Of a stretch of DNA of 64,000 bases, positions 30,962 to 40,227 are shown piece by piece (the stretch's first letter is position 1; each line of letters starts with the position of its first letter). The translations under genes were made by a program, and so were the position numbers. The stretch is from NCBI GenBank assembly GCA_964367355.1, contig CAYIWY010000005.1, positions 19,133 to 83,132 on the forward strand, written 5' to 3'. The notes under the pieces were generated by a model. It did no database searches, was not told the origin of the DNA, and saw only the letters and a program-made list of their open reading frames with translations. The DNA comes from an uncultured Gammaproteobacteria bacterium. Lineage in GTDB: Bacteria; Patescibacteriota; Microgenomatia; Woykebacterales; RBG-16-39-9b.

Positions 30962-31472
30962 AATCCGATTAAATCAAAAAGGATTTGGGGTTATTTCAGC
31001 TATTATACTTTTAGCTTTAATTTTTGCTGGGTTAAATGCTTACGCTTATTACAACCCTTCCTTTTCTTTGGCAAAGTACTCTCCTCTCAACTATTTCCGT
31101 TTGAAGCTTGATGAAGAAAGAATCAAAGATTTAAAGAGTTTGGAAAAAGCAGTCCTTTCCTATTACGAAGAGAAAAGTGAAATGCCAGGGAGAGACGGTT
31201 GGTGTGGTCGTATGTCAGGTATCTTGCATCCCGAAGTTGCAACTGCTGTAAGGGGGTATTTCCCCAATGAAGATATCCCCAATGATCCGACCCACGGTGG
31301 GGATGATAAAGACTATTTCTACTATCGAGTTGACCGAGCGCACTATATACTGATGGCGGCTCTTGACGTACCGAAAGAAGATACTAATGGCAAATACAAC
31401 TACACTGCCTGTCACGACTGGCCCGGAAACGACGTGTACAACTACCAAATCAACAACCTCAACTCCAACTGA
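30954..31472 (+). CDS. Pilin-like protein
   Basis: NQKG|FGVIS (no E5), IPNDP motif; start at ATG 30954 overlapping the previous gene. Confidence 0.75.
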   Translation: MTKIRLNQKGFGVISAIILLALIFAGLNAYAYYNPSFSLAKYSPLNYFRLKLDEERIKDLKSLEKAVLSYYEEKSEMPGRDGWCGRMSGILHPEVATAVRGYFPNEDIPNDPTHGGDDKDYFYYRVDRAHYILMAALDVPKEDTNGKYNYTACHDWPGNDVYNYQINNLNSN

Positions 31473-31518
31473 AATTTCCACACCGGGGTGGACATTCTTG
31501 ACAAGGACGGGCCTTGTC
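31472..31518. repeat. Two adjacent REP-like palindromes
   Basis: AAATTTCCACACCGGGGTGGACATT and GACAAGGACGGGCCTTGTC. Confidence 0.65.
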
Positions 31519-31584
31519 GTCTTGCAGATCAACCACCCTAACCTAATTGTTTTCCATTTTGGATTATGCTACTCTCTGATTAGT

Positions 31585-31863
31585 ATGACAAAAATAATTC
31601 CTTTTATAGTCAAAATAACCTACGAGGAGGCTTCTAAAGATGCTCCATTTGTAGCCTATTCACCTGAATTTGATGTTGCTTCAGCAGGACTTACAAAAGC
31701 TCAAGCTAAGAAGAATCTTTCCGAGGCTCTTTCACTAGTTTTAGCTGGGGCAAAGGAGGATGGAAATCTTTCCGAAATTCTTGAAGAAGCAGGTTTTAGT
31801 GAAAAGGAGGGACAGTTTCACCGACAAAAAATAGAGATCGAAGAACTTTCAGTCCACATTTAA
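31585..31863 (+). CDS. hicB: HicB-like antitoxin
   Basis: FVAYSPEFDVASAGLTKAQAKKNLSEAL; start set at ATG 31585. Confidence 0.8.
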   Translation: MTKIIPFIVKITYEEASKDAPFVAYSPEFDVASAGLTKAQAKKNLSEALSLVLAGAKEDGNLSEILEEAGFSEKEGQFHRQKIEIEELSVHI

Positions 31864-31867
31864 CAAA

Positions 31868-32101
31868 ATGCCCAAAATTTCTCCAATAGATTATCGTATA
31901 TTAATAAAAATACTTGAACATGAAGGTGCAGTTGTTGTTGGCCAGAAAGGTAGTCACATCGTGATGACTAAGAAAGGTGCAAAACGTCGTTTGGTTATCC
32001 CATCTTATAAACAACTACCAATCTTCATCATTTTAAATAATTTAAAAACAGCGGGTATAAGTCGAGATCGATACCTGGAACTGTTAGATAAGTTAAATTA
32101 A
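31868..32101 (+). CDS. hicA: HicA-like mRNA interferase toxin
   Basis: QKGSHIVM..LVIP..ILNNLKTAGISRDRYLELL. Confidence 0.85.
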   Translation: MPKISPIDYRILIKILEHEGAVVVGQKGSHIVMTKKGAKRRLVIPSYKQLPIFIILNNLKTAGISRDRYLELLDKLN

Positions 32102-32126
32102 ATTTCCACTCCCGGAGTGGAAATTT
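32100..32126. repeat. REP-like palindrome
   Basis: AAATTTCCACTCCCGGAGTGGAAATTT, related to the copy at 31472. Confidence 0.75.
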
Positions 32127-32218
32127 AAAAAGGTAGGTGCATAATACTTGATTGGTCAGAGTTGATACTCTATAATGAAGTTAGACATTATGAGTTTCTT
32201 AACGATATAATTTACGTA

Positions 32219-32896
32219 ATGAGTTCTGCTCAACTCCACTCTAATCCAAAAATCTCTCAATCAGGCCAAGGAATACTTGAGGTAATTGTCACTATTGGCA
32301 TTGGGACAATTATGATTATGGCTCTGGTCGTGCTGTCGGTTCGAACCAACCGTTCGAGTGACTTTTCCAAAGCTTCTTCCCAAGCTTCCAGTCTCGCCTC
32401 CGAAGGGATTGAAATTATTACAAATCTTAAGGAGATGAATGGTACTACCCCAGGGGGAGTTAGATTATTCACATTAGATGACATTGCCTCTTGTACTGGA
32501 AACAGCTCAAATTTACGAAGTTGGGATGATTTGTTTGGAATAGACATTAATGATAATATTTCTTGCCCAGCAGGTTCTCATGGAAGAGTTGGTTACATAA
32601 TAGAACCATCGTGTAATGATGTGACTAACACGACTTTTAACTGTATTTCATTTCCAACAGCAAATCCAGCCCTAGGATCTGAGTTGGTCGACACACGGAC
32701 TTATATTAGAGAAGTTTTTATCGCCGATACTCCGGTTAGTTCTACCCCACCTGGGAAAAGTAATTGCAACACAAACGATGACACAGATCCAAATGTTGGA
32801 GATTGGGATAACATTAAACAATTTGCAGTTGTAGTTAGTTGGACAGATTCTTCCGGTTCGCACAACCAAACTCAAACAACCTGTTTACAAAGATGA
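32219..32896 (+). CDS. Minor pilin (PilV-like)
   Basis: SG|QGILEV; C-terminal VVVSWTD; start at ATG 32219. Confidence 0.8.
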   Translation: MSSAQLHSNPKISQSGQGILEVIVTIGIGTIMIMALVVLSVRTNRSSDFSKASSQASSLASEGIEIITNLKEMNGTTPGGVRLFTLDDIASCTGNSSNLRSWDDLFGIDINDNISCPAGSHGRVGYIIEPSCNDVTNTTFNCISFPTANPALGSELVDTRTYIREVFIADTPVSSTPPGKSNCNTNDDTDPNVGDWDNIKQFAVVVSWTDSSGSHNQTQTTCLQR

Positions 32897-33537
32897 AAAT
32901 TTTATTTTCGAGTTCTAAAAAACCGTGGATTCTTAATCCACGGATGAAGGCCGAAGAAAACGAAACTTTAGAGATGAAACCGAGGGTCTTAACCCTCAGA
33001 GGTTCATTCATAAATAAAAAAGGTTTCACCCTACTCGAAGTGCTGGTAACGACTGCAATCATCGGTGTTCTTTTTGTTGTTTCTTCCTCGATTTTTATCA
33101 ACACCATCCGCAGCGCCAATAAAGCCAATATAACCAATGAAGCTAAAGAAAATTCAAGTTTGCTGATCGAAAGTTTACAGCGGGACGTTAGAAATTCTAC
33201 TGGAGCCTCAGTTACCCTTGCTGGACTTCCAGGTCCTACCGGGGATACTTTGACCATTACCACAGCCTCTGGAAGCTCTATTACTTGGATTTGTTCAGCC
33301 GCGACGTCAACAGATAATGGATATATCACACGAGAAGCCCTTACTGTCACAAACAGAGACCCAGTTAACGGGGTTAGTGTAGTAGACTGCAGCAATTTTT
33401 TCACAGTAACAGCTGGAGCTAATTATTTGCTTACAATTGACTTTGGTTTTACTCAAGGTAAAGGTGTAACTGGTGGATCACAAGATATTCAAACATTGGT
33501 AAGTCATAAAGTCTCGATTTCAGCACGGGGCCACTAG
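32893..33537 (+). CDS. Minor pilin (PilW/PulJ-like) with a repeat-expanded leader
   Basis: KKG|FTLLEVLV; ATGA overlap at 32893. Confidence 0.85.
   Translation: MKILFSSSKKPWILNPRMKAEENETLEMKPRVLTLRGSFINKKGFTLLEVLVTTAIIGVLFVVSSSIFINTIRSANKANITNEAKENSSLLIESLQRDVRNSTGASVTLAGLPGPTGDTLTITTASGSSITWICSAATSTDNGYITREALTVTNRDPVNGVSVVDCSNFFTVTAGANYLLTIDFGFTQGKGVTGGSQDIQTLVSHKVSISARGH
32920..33006. mobile_element. Paired IS200/IS605-like end hairpins (miniature element remnant)
   Basis: AAACCGTGGATTCTTAATCCACGGATGAA and AAACCGAGGGTCTTAACCCTCAGAGGTTCA. Confidence 0.55.
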
Positions 33538-33590
33538 CCTACTTGACTGATGTTATAAACCTGTTCTAATATTAATTTAATACACATACG

Positions 33591-34598
33591 ATGTCACTGC
33601 CAAAACAAATCAAAAATTCACAGTCCGGACAAATCCTAATTATCTTTTTACTAATTCTCGTGGTTGGTTTGGCAATTGTGCTTTCAATTGCCTCGCGAAC
33701 CGTTACTGACGTTCGCCAGACCACAACTTCCGATGAATCCAACCGAGCTTATTTCGCCGCTGAATCTGGAGTAGAAAATGCTCTAAAAAAGATTCAGGAC
33801 AATTCGATTACTGCTGCATCTTCTGCTGGAGCTGGGGACAATTCAGCATTTATCAACCTCTCCGATGTTAATCGAACAAAAGCAGATGTAAATGTGAAGA
33901 CACTTTCTGTCGGATCGGGTGAAGTTTTCGTATTTCCGAACGCAATAAAAAAAGATGATGTTGCCCAAGTGAATTTAATGAGTGATTTTAATAGTTTAGG
34001 GACTGCAGGATTGGGGGCAAGTATTTTTGGTAGTGAAGGTTTGACAGTTTATTGGACAACGGCTGCTACAATACCAGCAATCGAGGTTTCAGTAATTAGT
34101 TGTTCCTCTTGTGCTTCTGCGACCCCAACTTTTAATATCGCTAAATATACTTTTGATCCAGATTCGGCAAGAGGAGGAGTTGGTCCAACATCTAATGGTT
34201 TTTGTGAAATTGGAGAGGCTGGTTCAACTTTAACTACAGGAAGTTTTGTCAAAACTCCTTCGGTTGGATCCGGATCAACCACAACTTTTCAACACCAAGC
34301 TGTTGTTAGATTCCCGACTGCTGCTTGTAGAAATGATAGTGTTGTTGGAAATCCTGTTTTAGCTAGAATCAGATTGCTTTATAGTGACTCAAATGTTGCT
34401 GTTAGCGCTACGACAAATGCATTTACGCCAGAATCTAAATTACTACCGAATCAAGGGTCGTTAATTACTTCAATTGGCTCCACTCCTTCCGGAGTTAACC
34501 GAAAGTTAACTGTTACCCGCCTCTACCCCGCTCTACCGGCGATTTTTGATTACGTTCTTTACAACGGTTCAACAACCTCACCTCTTTCTAAGCCATAA
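33591..34598 (+). CDS. PilX-like minor pilin
   Basis: SG|QILII..SNRAYFAAESGVENAL. Confidence 0.85.
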   Translation: MSLPKQIKNSQSGQILIIFLLILVVGLAIVLSIASRTVTDVRQTTTSDESNRAYFAAESGVENALKKIQDNSITAASSAGAGDNSAFINLSDVNRTKADVNVKTLSVGSGEVFVFPNAIKKDDVAQVNLMSDFNSLGTAGLGASIFGSEGLTVYWTTAATIPAIEVSVISCSSCASATPTFNIAKYTFDPDSARGGVGPTSNGFCEIGEAGSTLTTGSFVKTPSVGSGSTTTFQHQAVVRFPTAACRNDSVVGNPVLARIRLLYSDSNVAVSATTNAFTPESKLLPNQGSLITSIGSTPSGVNRKLTVTRLYPALPAIFDYVLYNGSTTSPLSKP

Positions 34599-34667
34599 AC
34601 TTATCTTTATTTCCTAGTATAAAAGTCTTGCTTAACTTTATAAATCTATGCTAAAATTTACTTAGTT

Positions 34668-35705
34668 ATGCCTGCCATCAATCACTTTGGTTTAGATATT
34701 GGTACACATAGTATCAAAGTCGTACAACTTACCGGTTCAACCGAAACTCCCACATTTGTAACAGCTGGTCTTTTCCCAACCCCAAATAATGTTTTTGTTT
34801 CTGAAGCACCTGAAGATCAACAAGCACTAGCAGAAACGATAAAAAATCTTCTTAAGGAAGCGCGGATTACGACCAATCGGGTTGTTACGGCTCTACCTGA
34901 ATCCCAAATATTCACTCGGGTTGTCGAAATGCCGCAACTTTCCAAACAAGAAATGGAAAGCGCGATTGATTATGAAGCCGAGCAGTACGTGCCGATACCG
35001 ATTTCCGAAGTCAGACTGACCTGGCAGGTAATTTCCTCGCGTGTGGGACCGGATAAAAAAACAATTATGGATGTACTTCTAGTTGCCGCTCCAAAAAACC
35101 TGATTGAAAAATATTTGAATATTTTAAAAGCCGCTGGTTTGAACCCAGTTTCTTTGGAAACAGAAACCACAGCCGTTATCCGAGCCTTGGTTCAACGAAT
35201 TGCCGGCTCGCCCACAACCTTAGTTTGTAGTATTGGTGCCTCGACTACGGATTTGACAATTATTTCTGACAACCAAATAAAGTTTACGCGTTCAATCGCG
35301 ACTGGAGGTATGGCGCTGGCCAGGGGTGTAGCCAACGATCTTGGGTTTGAAATTGATCAAGCGGTCGAGTATATGAAAACCTACGGTTTGGACGGTACTC
35401 AGCTCGAGGGAAAAGTAATGCAATCGATCAAGCCGGTTTTTGATGTCGTTGTCAACGAAATTCGTCGGGCAATCGCCTACTATAGTGGTAAAAACCCAGA
35501 CAAACCAGTCAAGCGAGTTGTTCTAGCTGGTGGAACGGCGAAGTTACCCGGAATAGTAATTTATTTGGCCGAGTCTTTAGGTCTTGAAGTGCAAATTGGC
35601 AATCCTTGGGATGGAATCGCGCTGCCTCCAGGAATGTCACAAAAATTGATTGAAGAAGGAACTTCGTATAGTGTTGCGGTTGGATTGGCGCTGAAGGCGG
35701 TTTAA
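34668..35705 (+). CDS. pilM: Type IV pilus assembly protein PilM
   Basis: GLDIGTHSIKVV, EAEQYVP, LAGGTAKLPG, AVGLAL. Confidence 0.95.
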   Translation: MPAINHFGLDIGTHSIKVVQLTGSTETPTFVTAGLFPTPNNVFVSEAPEDQQALAETIKNLLKEARITTNRVVTALPESQIFTRVVEMPQLSKQEMESAIDYEAEQYVPIPISEVRLTWQVISSRVGPDKKTIMDVLLVAAPKNLIEKYLNILKAAGLNPVSLETETTAVIRALVQRIAGSPTTLVCSIGASTTDLTIISDNQIKFTRSIATGGMALARGVANDLGFEIDQAVEYMKTYGLDGTQLEGKVMQSIKPVFDVVVNEIRRAIAYYSGKNPDKPVKRVVLAGGTAKLPGIVIYLAESLGLEVQIGNPWDGIALPPGMSQKLIEEGTSYSVAVGLALKAV

Positions 35706-35719
35706 AAAATATGAACTTA

Positions 35720-35776
35720 TATCACGCTAAAAAATTGTTGTTTTTAAAAAACCAAGAAGTAATTATTCGCGTGATA
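35720..35776 (+). repeat. 57-bp intergenic hairpin element
   Basis: TATCACGC-N41-GCGTGATA. Confidence 0.65.
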
Positions 35777-35795
35777 CTTTATCGAGGACGCTAAA

Positions 35796-36362
35796 GTGGA
35801 ATCTGGAATAAACCTACTACCGGAAATAACTGAAAAAGAAATAAAAGCTGGTGTTTACCAGAAGAAGGTTAATATTGCTGCAATTGGAGCCCTCTTTGCA
35901 GTCGGTATAATAATTCTCGGGTTAATCTCCTATAAAGTCTTTTTGAAAGTTAGTGCCGACACTGTCGAAAATAAATCACATCAGGCAGAAGAGAGAATTT
36001 CCAAAAATAGCGCAATCGAAATCACACACCTTTCCCTGAAAGAAAAATTGGATAAAACCCAATCTATTTTAGAAAGTGAAATGCCAGCCTCAATTTTGAT
36101 TGATGAAGTTACCAAAGCCTCGTTAACAAGTCAGCCAATCACCCTTCAAGGTCTAAGCGCCCAGGCGGATGGAACAGTTTTGGTGGATGGTACGGCCATA
36201 AATTCAACAATTTTTAAGGAATGGATTGATAACCTGACCAATGATAATGCAGCGGATTTTTTCTCGAAAATAAAAATTGTTTCCTTAACCGGTGATCCGT
36301 CAGGTTACAAATTTTCCTTTAGTTTGAGTTTTCTTAAAAAGGGAGTTTATCAACAAAAATGA
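35796..36362 (+). CDS. pilN: PilN-like protein
   Basis: INLLP motif then TM; follows pilM. Confidence 0.85.
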   Translation: MESGINLLPEITEKEIKAGVYQKKVNIAAIGALFAVGIIILGLISYKVFLKVSADTVENKSHQAEERISKNSAIEITHLSLKEKLDKTQSILESEMPASILIDEVTKASLTSQPITLQGLSAQADGTVLVDGTAINSTIFKEWIDNLTNDNAADFFSKIKIVSLTGDPSGYKFSFSLSFLKKGVYQQK

Positions 36363-37123
36363 AGCCTAATAGTGTTTTACAAAAAATAACAGCCTACATT
36401 GTTCCGGTCGTCAGTATTTTGGTAGTCTTGATTTTGATACCGGTAGTTATCATGCCACAACTAGATAGTATTGTTGCCTCTAGTAAAATACTAAATAAAA
36501 ACAAGGGTAGATTAGATAAGATTGAATCAAAAGCCAATAAGCTTGAAGAATTAGCTACTCAAAAAGAGGAGCTTGAGAACAATCTTAAGTTTGTCGAAAC
36601 AGTTTTGCCGATAAATAAGGAAGTTGCGGCATTAGTTTTGGGTATTCAAGGTTTAGCGCGAAATAGTGGCTTGGCAGTTTCTTCTTTTAAAATCCAACCA
36701 GGCAAAACCGCCACGCAGTCAGCTAGTCCAGCAGACAAAACTGCCGGCAGTGTGCCAAACACTCCCGCAACACCAACCTCTTCAAAAGAAAATCTGGTTT
36801 TCAATATTGGGTTACAGGGAGATCTGAAATCTTTGAGAACATTTCTAGCAGCTTTAGAGTCAGGAAAACGTATTTTGACTCTTTCGCAAATGAAGTCAAG
36901 TAATACTCTCGGGGCGAACTATACTTTTGATTTGTTCCTTAATTCTCCATTTGGTTCGTTGCCGACACTTTCGAAGGATCAGATTGGTAGTCCCCTAGCA
37001 GAGTTGACCAGTAAAAATCTGAAGCTGCTTGAGGATCTACGTACGCCGATATTTTCTGATATTACTGGCGTTCAGGTAGCACCTGGGCCGACTGGTCCAA
37101 CCAATCCATTTACCGGTAATTAA
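36359..37123 (+). CDS. pilO: PilO-like protein
   Basis: TM, coiled coil, LP.., FLAALESGKR, C-terminal NPF; synteny. Confidence 0.8.
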   Translation: MKPNSVLQKITAYIVPVVSILVVLILIPVVIMPQLDSIVASSKILNKNKGRLDKIESKANKLEELATQKEELENNLKFVETVLPINKEVAALVLGIQGLARNSGLAVSSFKIQPGKTATQSASPADKTAGSVPNTPATPTSSKENLVFNIGLQGDLKSLRTFLAALESGKRILTLSQMKSSNTLGANYTFDLFLNSPFGSLPTLSKDQIGSPLAELTSKNLKLLEDLRTPIFSDITGVQVAPGPTGPTNPFTGN

Positions 37124-37806
37124 CTTTTCTTTTCTAGCAAATCAGGACGTAATCGTTTGGTTTTTTCTAGTGACATCTCTAGTCGCCATTTTTTTATTTT
37201 CTCGTGATCTCCAGAAAGCAAGATATCGGGAACTTTAAGATCTTCAAAAATCTCCGGTCGGGTGTACTGTGGGTACTCAAGTAATTTGCCATCAGCTTGG
37301 CTAAAAGATTCGGCTTCTAAAGATTCCGCGTTTCCGATTACACCTGGAATTAACCTGGCAATAGTTTCCAGTATGACCAAGGTCGCCGCTTCCCCGCCAC
37401 TGAGAACATAATCACCTAAAGAAATTTCTAAATCGACATATTTTTCCCGAAATCGTTGATCAACACCTTCATAGCGACCACAGACAAAAATCAAATGTTC
37501 TTTTGTAGCTAGTTGGTTGGCTAAAGATTGATCAAATTTTTTTCCAGACGGATCAGGGAGAATTACCAGGGAATTAGCCCTTTTTGTTGCTTTGACTGCC
37601 TTTGCTAAAATATCTACTTTTAGAATCATGCCGGCTCCTCCACCGTAAGGACTATCATCGACTTGTTTGTGTGGCAACTCTGAATAATCTCTTAGGTCAA
37701 TAGTTGTGATGTCTAAAATTTTATTTGCGATGGCTTTTTTTACTAAACTCTCGTTTAGCGGCGAAGTAAAATAATCGGGAAAAAGGGTAATGATATCAAA
37801 TTTCAT
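37120..37806 (-). CDS. trmD: tRNA (guanine37-N1)-methyltransferase
   Basis: VDDSPYGGGAGM, CGRYEGVD, LEYPQYTRP; start ATG 37806. Confidence 0.97.
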   Translation of the reverse strand: MKFDIITLFPDYFTSPLNESLVKKAIANKILDITTIDLRDYSELPHKQVDDSPYGGGAGMILKVDILAKAVKATKRANSLVILPDPSGKKFDQSLANQLATKEHLIFVCGRYEGVDQRFREKYVDLEISLGDYVLSGGEAATLVILETIARLIPGVIGNAESLEAESFSQADGKLLEYPQYTRPEIFEDLKVPDILLSGDHEKIKKWRLEMSLEKTKRLRPDLLEKKS

Positions 37807-37834
37807 GACTGCTTGTGGAAGGTTACTGCTGATC

Positions 37835-38071
37835 CTATTGATCAAGTAAAACCAAATTTACTTTCTTTTTGTCGACAATTGCTTTTGTTCGAATTAAACT
37901 TCTAACCGCCTTAATTATCTTACCGCCTTTACCGATGACTAGTCCCATATCTTCTGGGTTAACTTTCAATTCAAGAACAACTTCTCCAAACTCTCTGGTT
38001 TGTTCACTTACCTTAACGTCAGCAGGATTGTTGACAATATTTTCGACAATGTAGAGTAGGAGTTCTTTCAT
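37835..38071 (-). CDS. khpA: KH-domain RNA-binding protein
   Basis: DMGLVIGKGG; lies between rpsP and trmD. Confidence 0.9.
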   Translation of the reverse strand: MKELLLYIVENIVNNPADVKVSEQTREFGEVVLELKVNPEDMGLVIGKGGKIIKAVRSLIRTKAIVDKKKVNLVLLDQ

Positions 38072-38304
38072 TACTTGGTAATTTGTAGTAATTTTTCAAT
38101 CGCCTCGGTCGGACGAGCCCCAACTGAAACCCAATAATCATAACGATTCTTATCGATTTTGAAAAAAACCGGCTTAACTGTGGGGTTGTATTGGCCGAGA
38201 ATTTCCAAGAATTTTCCATTGCGTGCCGCTGCCTCGTCGGCTACGATTACTCGATACTTTGGTTGATTTTTTGTTCCGACTCTTGTAAGTCTTATCTTTA
38301 CCAT
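38071..38304 (-). CDS. rpsP: 30S ribosomal protein S16
   Basis: MVKIRLTRVG..PKYRVIVAD. Confidence 0.97.
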   Translation of the reverse strand: MVKIRLTRVGTKNQPKYRVIVADEAAARNGKFLEILGQYNPTVKPVFFKIDKNRYDYWVSVGARPTEAIEKLLQITK

Positions 38305-38352
38305 AAGTTAAATAACATACTAAATCTTTTAACGAAAGCGATATTACTAAAT

Positions 38353-39033
38353 TTAAGTAAATTTTGCAAGTGCGCTCTCAGCTGCTTCTTGCTCAGCTAT
38401 CTGTTTACTCTTACCACTCCCCTCCCCAACTTGATTTTCGCCGATAAATACACCGACTTTAAAGGTTCGGTTGTGGTCAGGGCCGCTTTCCTCTAAAACT
38501 TTATACGAGGGAGTAGTATTTTGTTTTTCCTGAGCGACTTCCTGAAACGCGCTTTTAAAATCCTTGTAAAGTTTTTTATCAATAATGTCCTCAAGCTTAG
38601 GCAAAAGTTCCGCGTGAATTAGTTTTTTTGCTTGGTCAATTCCACTGTCAAGGTAGATTGCTCCCAGGAGTGCTTCAAACGTATTGGCTAATAAATATTG
38701 GCGATCCCGACCACCGGTAGCTTCTTCACCTTTGGAAAGCAGTAGAAAGTCACCTAAACCGATTTTTTTGGAAACTTCAGCCAATGTACGGGCGTTGACT
38801 AAGGATGAGCGGAAATTGGTTAAGTCGCCTTCAGCGTGGGCAGGGTATTTGATAAAAAGATGCTCTGAGACAACAAAACCAAGCACACTGTCTCCCAAAA
38901 ACTCCAGCCGCTCGTTGTGGGGAATTTTTTCCTCTGGATGTTCGTTCAAATAGGATCTGTGAATAAAGGCGCTTTTTAATAGGTCTTTATCTTTAAAGGT
39001 AACCTGTAGCTTTTTTTCTATATTTTCCAGCAT
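38353..39033 (-). CDS. rnc: Ribonuclease III
   Basis: NERLEFLGDSVL signature plus dsRBD. Confidence 0.98.
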   Translation of the reverse strand: MLENIEKKLQVTFKDKDLLKSAFIHRSYLNEHPEEKIPHNERLEFLGDSVLGFVVSEHLFIKYPAHAEGDLTNFRSSLVNARTLAEVSKKIGLGDFLLLSKGEEATGGRDRQYLLANTFEALLGAIYLDSGIDQAKKLIHAELLPKLEDIIDKKLYKDFKSAFQEVAQEKQNTTPSYKVLEESGPDHNRTFKVGVFIGENQVGEGSGKSKQIAEQEAAESALAKFT

Positions 39034-39114
39034 TTAGTTTTTATTGAATTAGTGACTGGTAACTAGCTGTAAAAAGATTACAAGCTAACTAATTACGAAT
39101 AACCAATTCCCTTT

Positions 39115-39354
39115 CTAGACTTCACCGATTTTGTCGGCAATAAAATTAATAATATCTTCCACTTTATCAAATTTCTGACTCTCATGAGGTGGAATCTCGA
39201 TTTGAAATTCATCCTCCAGGCTGACGACTAAATCAGCTATTGTTAAAGGATCAGCATTTAAATCGTCCTGCAAATAGGAGTTTTGGGTAATTTCGTTTAC
39301 GGGAATTCCCAAATGATTGGCGACAATTTCCTTAACACCCTCTTCCACGTTCAT
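39115..39354 (-). CDS. acpP: Acyl carrier protein-like
   Basis: Acidic 79-aa ACP-type sequence DDLNADPLTIADLVVSLEDEF; the usual DSL serine reads DPL. Confidence 0.8.
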   Translation of the reverse strand: MNVEEGVKEIVANHLGIPVNEITQNSYLQDDLNADPLTIADLVVSLEDEFQIEIPPHESQKFDKVEDIINFIADKIGEV

Positions 39355-39851
39355 TTTGTCTTTTTACCTTTCTTTTTGGCAGTCTTTGACATTGCACTTT
39401 CAGTCACATCGGGCATTAATTCTTTAACAACTGTCCCCAAGACACCATTGATAAATTTACTTGAGTTCTCTCCCCCAAATTGTTTCGCGAGCTCGACCGC
39501 TTCATCAATCGCTACTTTCGGAGGAACACTTCTAGCAATATAAAGTTCAAAAATTGAAATCCTTAAAGTTTCCAAATCAACCTTGGCGATTTGCTCAAGT
39601 GGCCATTCGGGGGCAGCCTGGGCGATTATTTTATCGATAGTATCAAGATTTTCGGTGATACCTTTTACCAGGAAAAAAACTAATTTTTGATCAATCTCAG
39701 TTCTTGGAAGTTCGCTGTCACTTTCACTGGAAATATTTTCAAGGTTTCTTTTGGCGATTTCTTCAATGTCAGTTGAGTTAAAGCTCCATTCAAATAAGGA
39801 TTGCAGTGCTACTTTGCGAGCTTCGTGTCGACTGTCTTGCAATTTTTTCAT
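39351..39851 (-). CDS. nusB: Transcription antitermination factor NusB
   Basis: PPKVAIDEAVELAKQFG..FINGVLG. Confidence 0.96.
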   Translation of the reverse strand: MKKLQDSRHEARKVALQSLFEWSFNSTDIEEIAKRNLENISSESDSELPRTEIDQKLVFFLVKGITENLDTIDKIIAQAAPEWPLEQIAKVDLETLRISIFELYIARSVPPKVAIDEAVELAKQFGGENSSKFINGVLGTVVKELMPDVTESAMSKTAKKKGKKTK

Positions 39852-39891
39852 AAGCAGTGTTGAAACCTTAATCTTCGGTTTGAAAGTAATA

Positions 39892-40110
39892 TTACTTTTC
39901 TTTTGAACTGACTTTAGTAACTTTTGTCTTTATCTTTGGCGCAACTAGGACCTGGCCTTTATAAGTACCACAATTTCCACAAATTTGGTGTGGGATTTTT
40001 AGGTTTTTGCAGTTCTCACAATTTACTAGAGTTGTTTTTGGCAGAGTAATTGCTTTTCGTCTTTTTCCTTGTCGGCCAGATGAAAGTCTTCGTTTTGGTA
40101 ACGGGGTCAT
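39892..40110 (-). CDS. rpmF: 50S ribosomal protein L32
   Basis: PKRRLS..CENC..PHQICGNCG. Confidence 0.95.
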   Translation of the reverse strand: MTPLPKRRLSSGRQGKRRKAITLPKTTLVNCENCKNLKIPHQICGNCGTYKGQVLVAPKIKTKVTKVSSKEK

Positions 40111-40227
40111 ATTTTTTATTTTTTACAAAACCATTCTAAAACATATATTATGCTTCTGCGCAATATATTCGCCTATTATATTCAAAAGCTGCCTGTAGTG
40201 TCAACCTTAACTCGAAAAAACAGTTTT

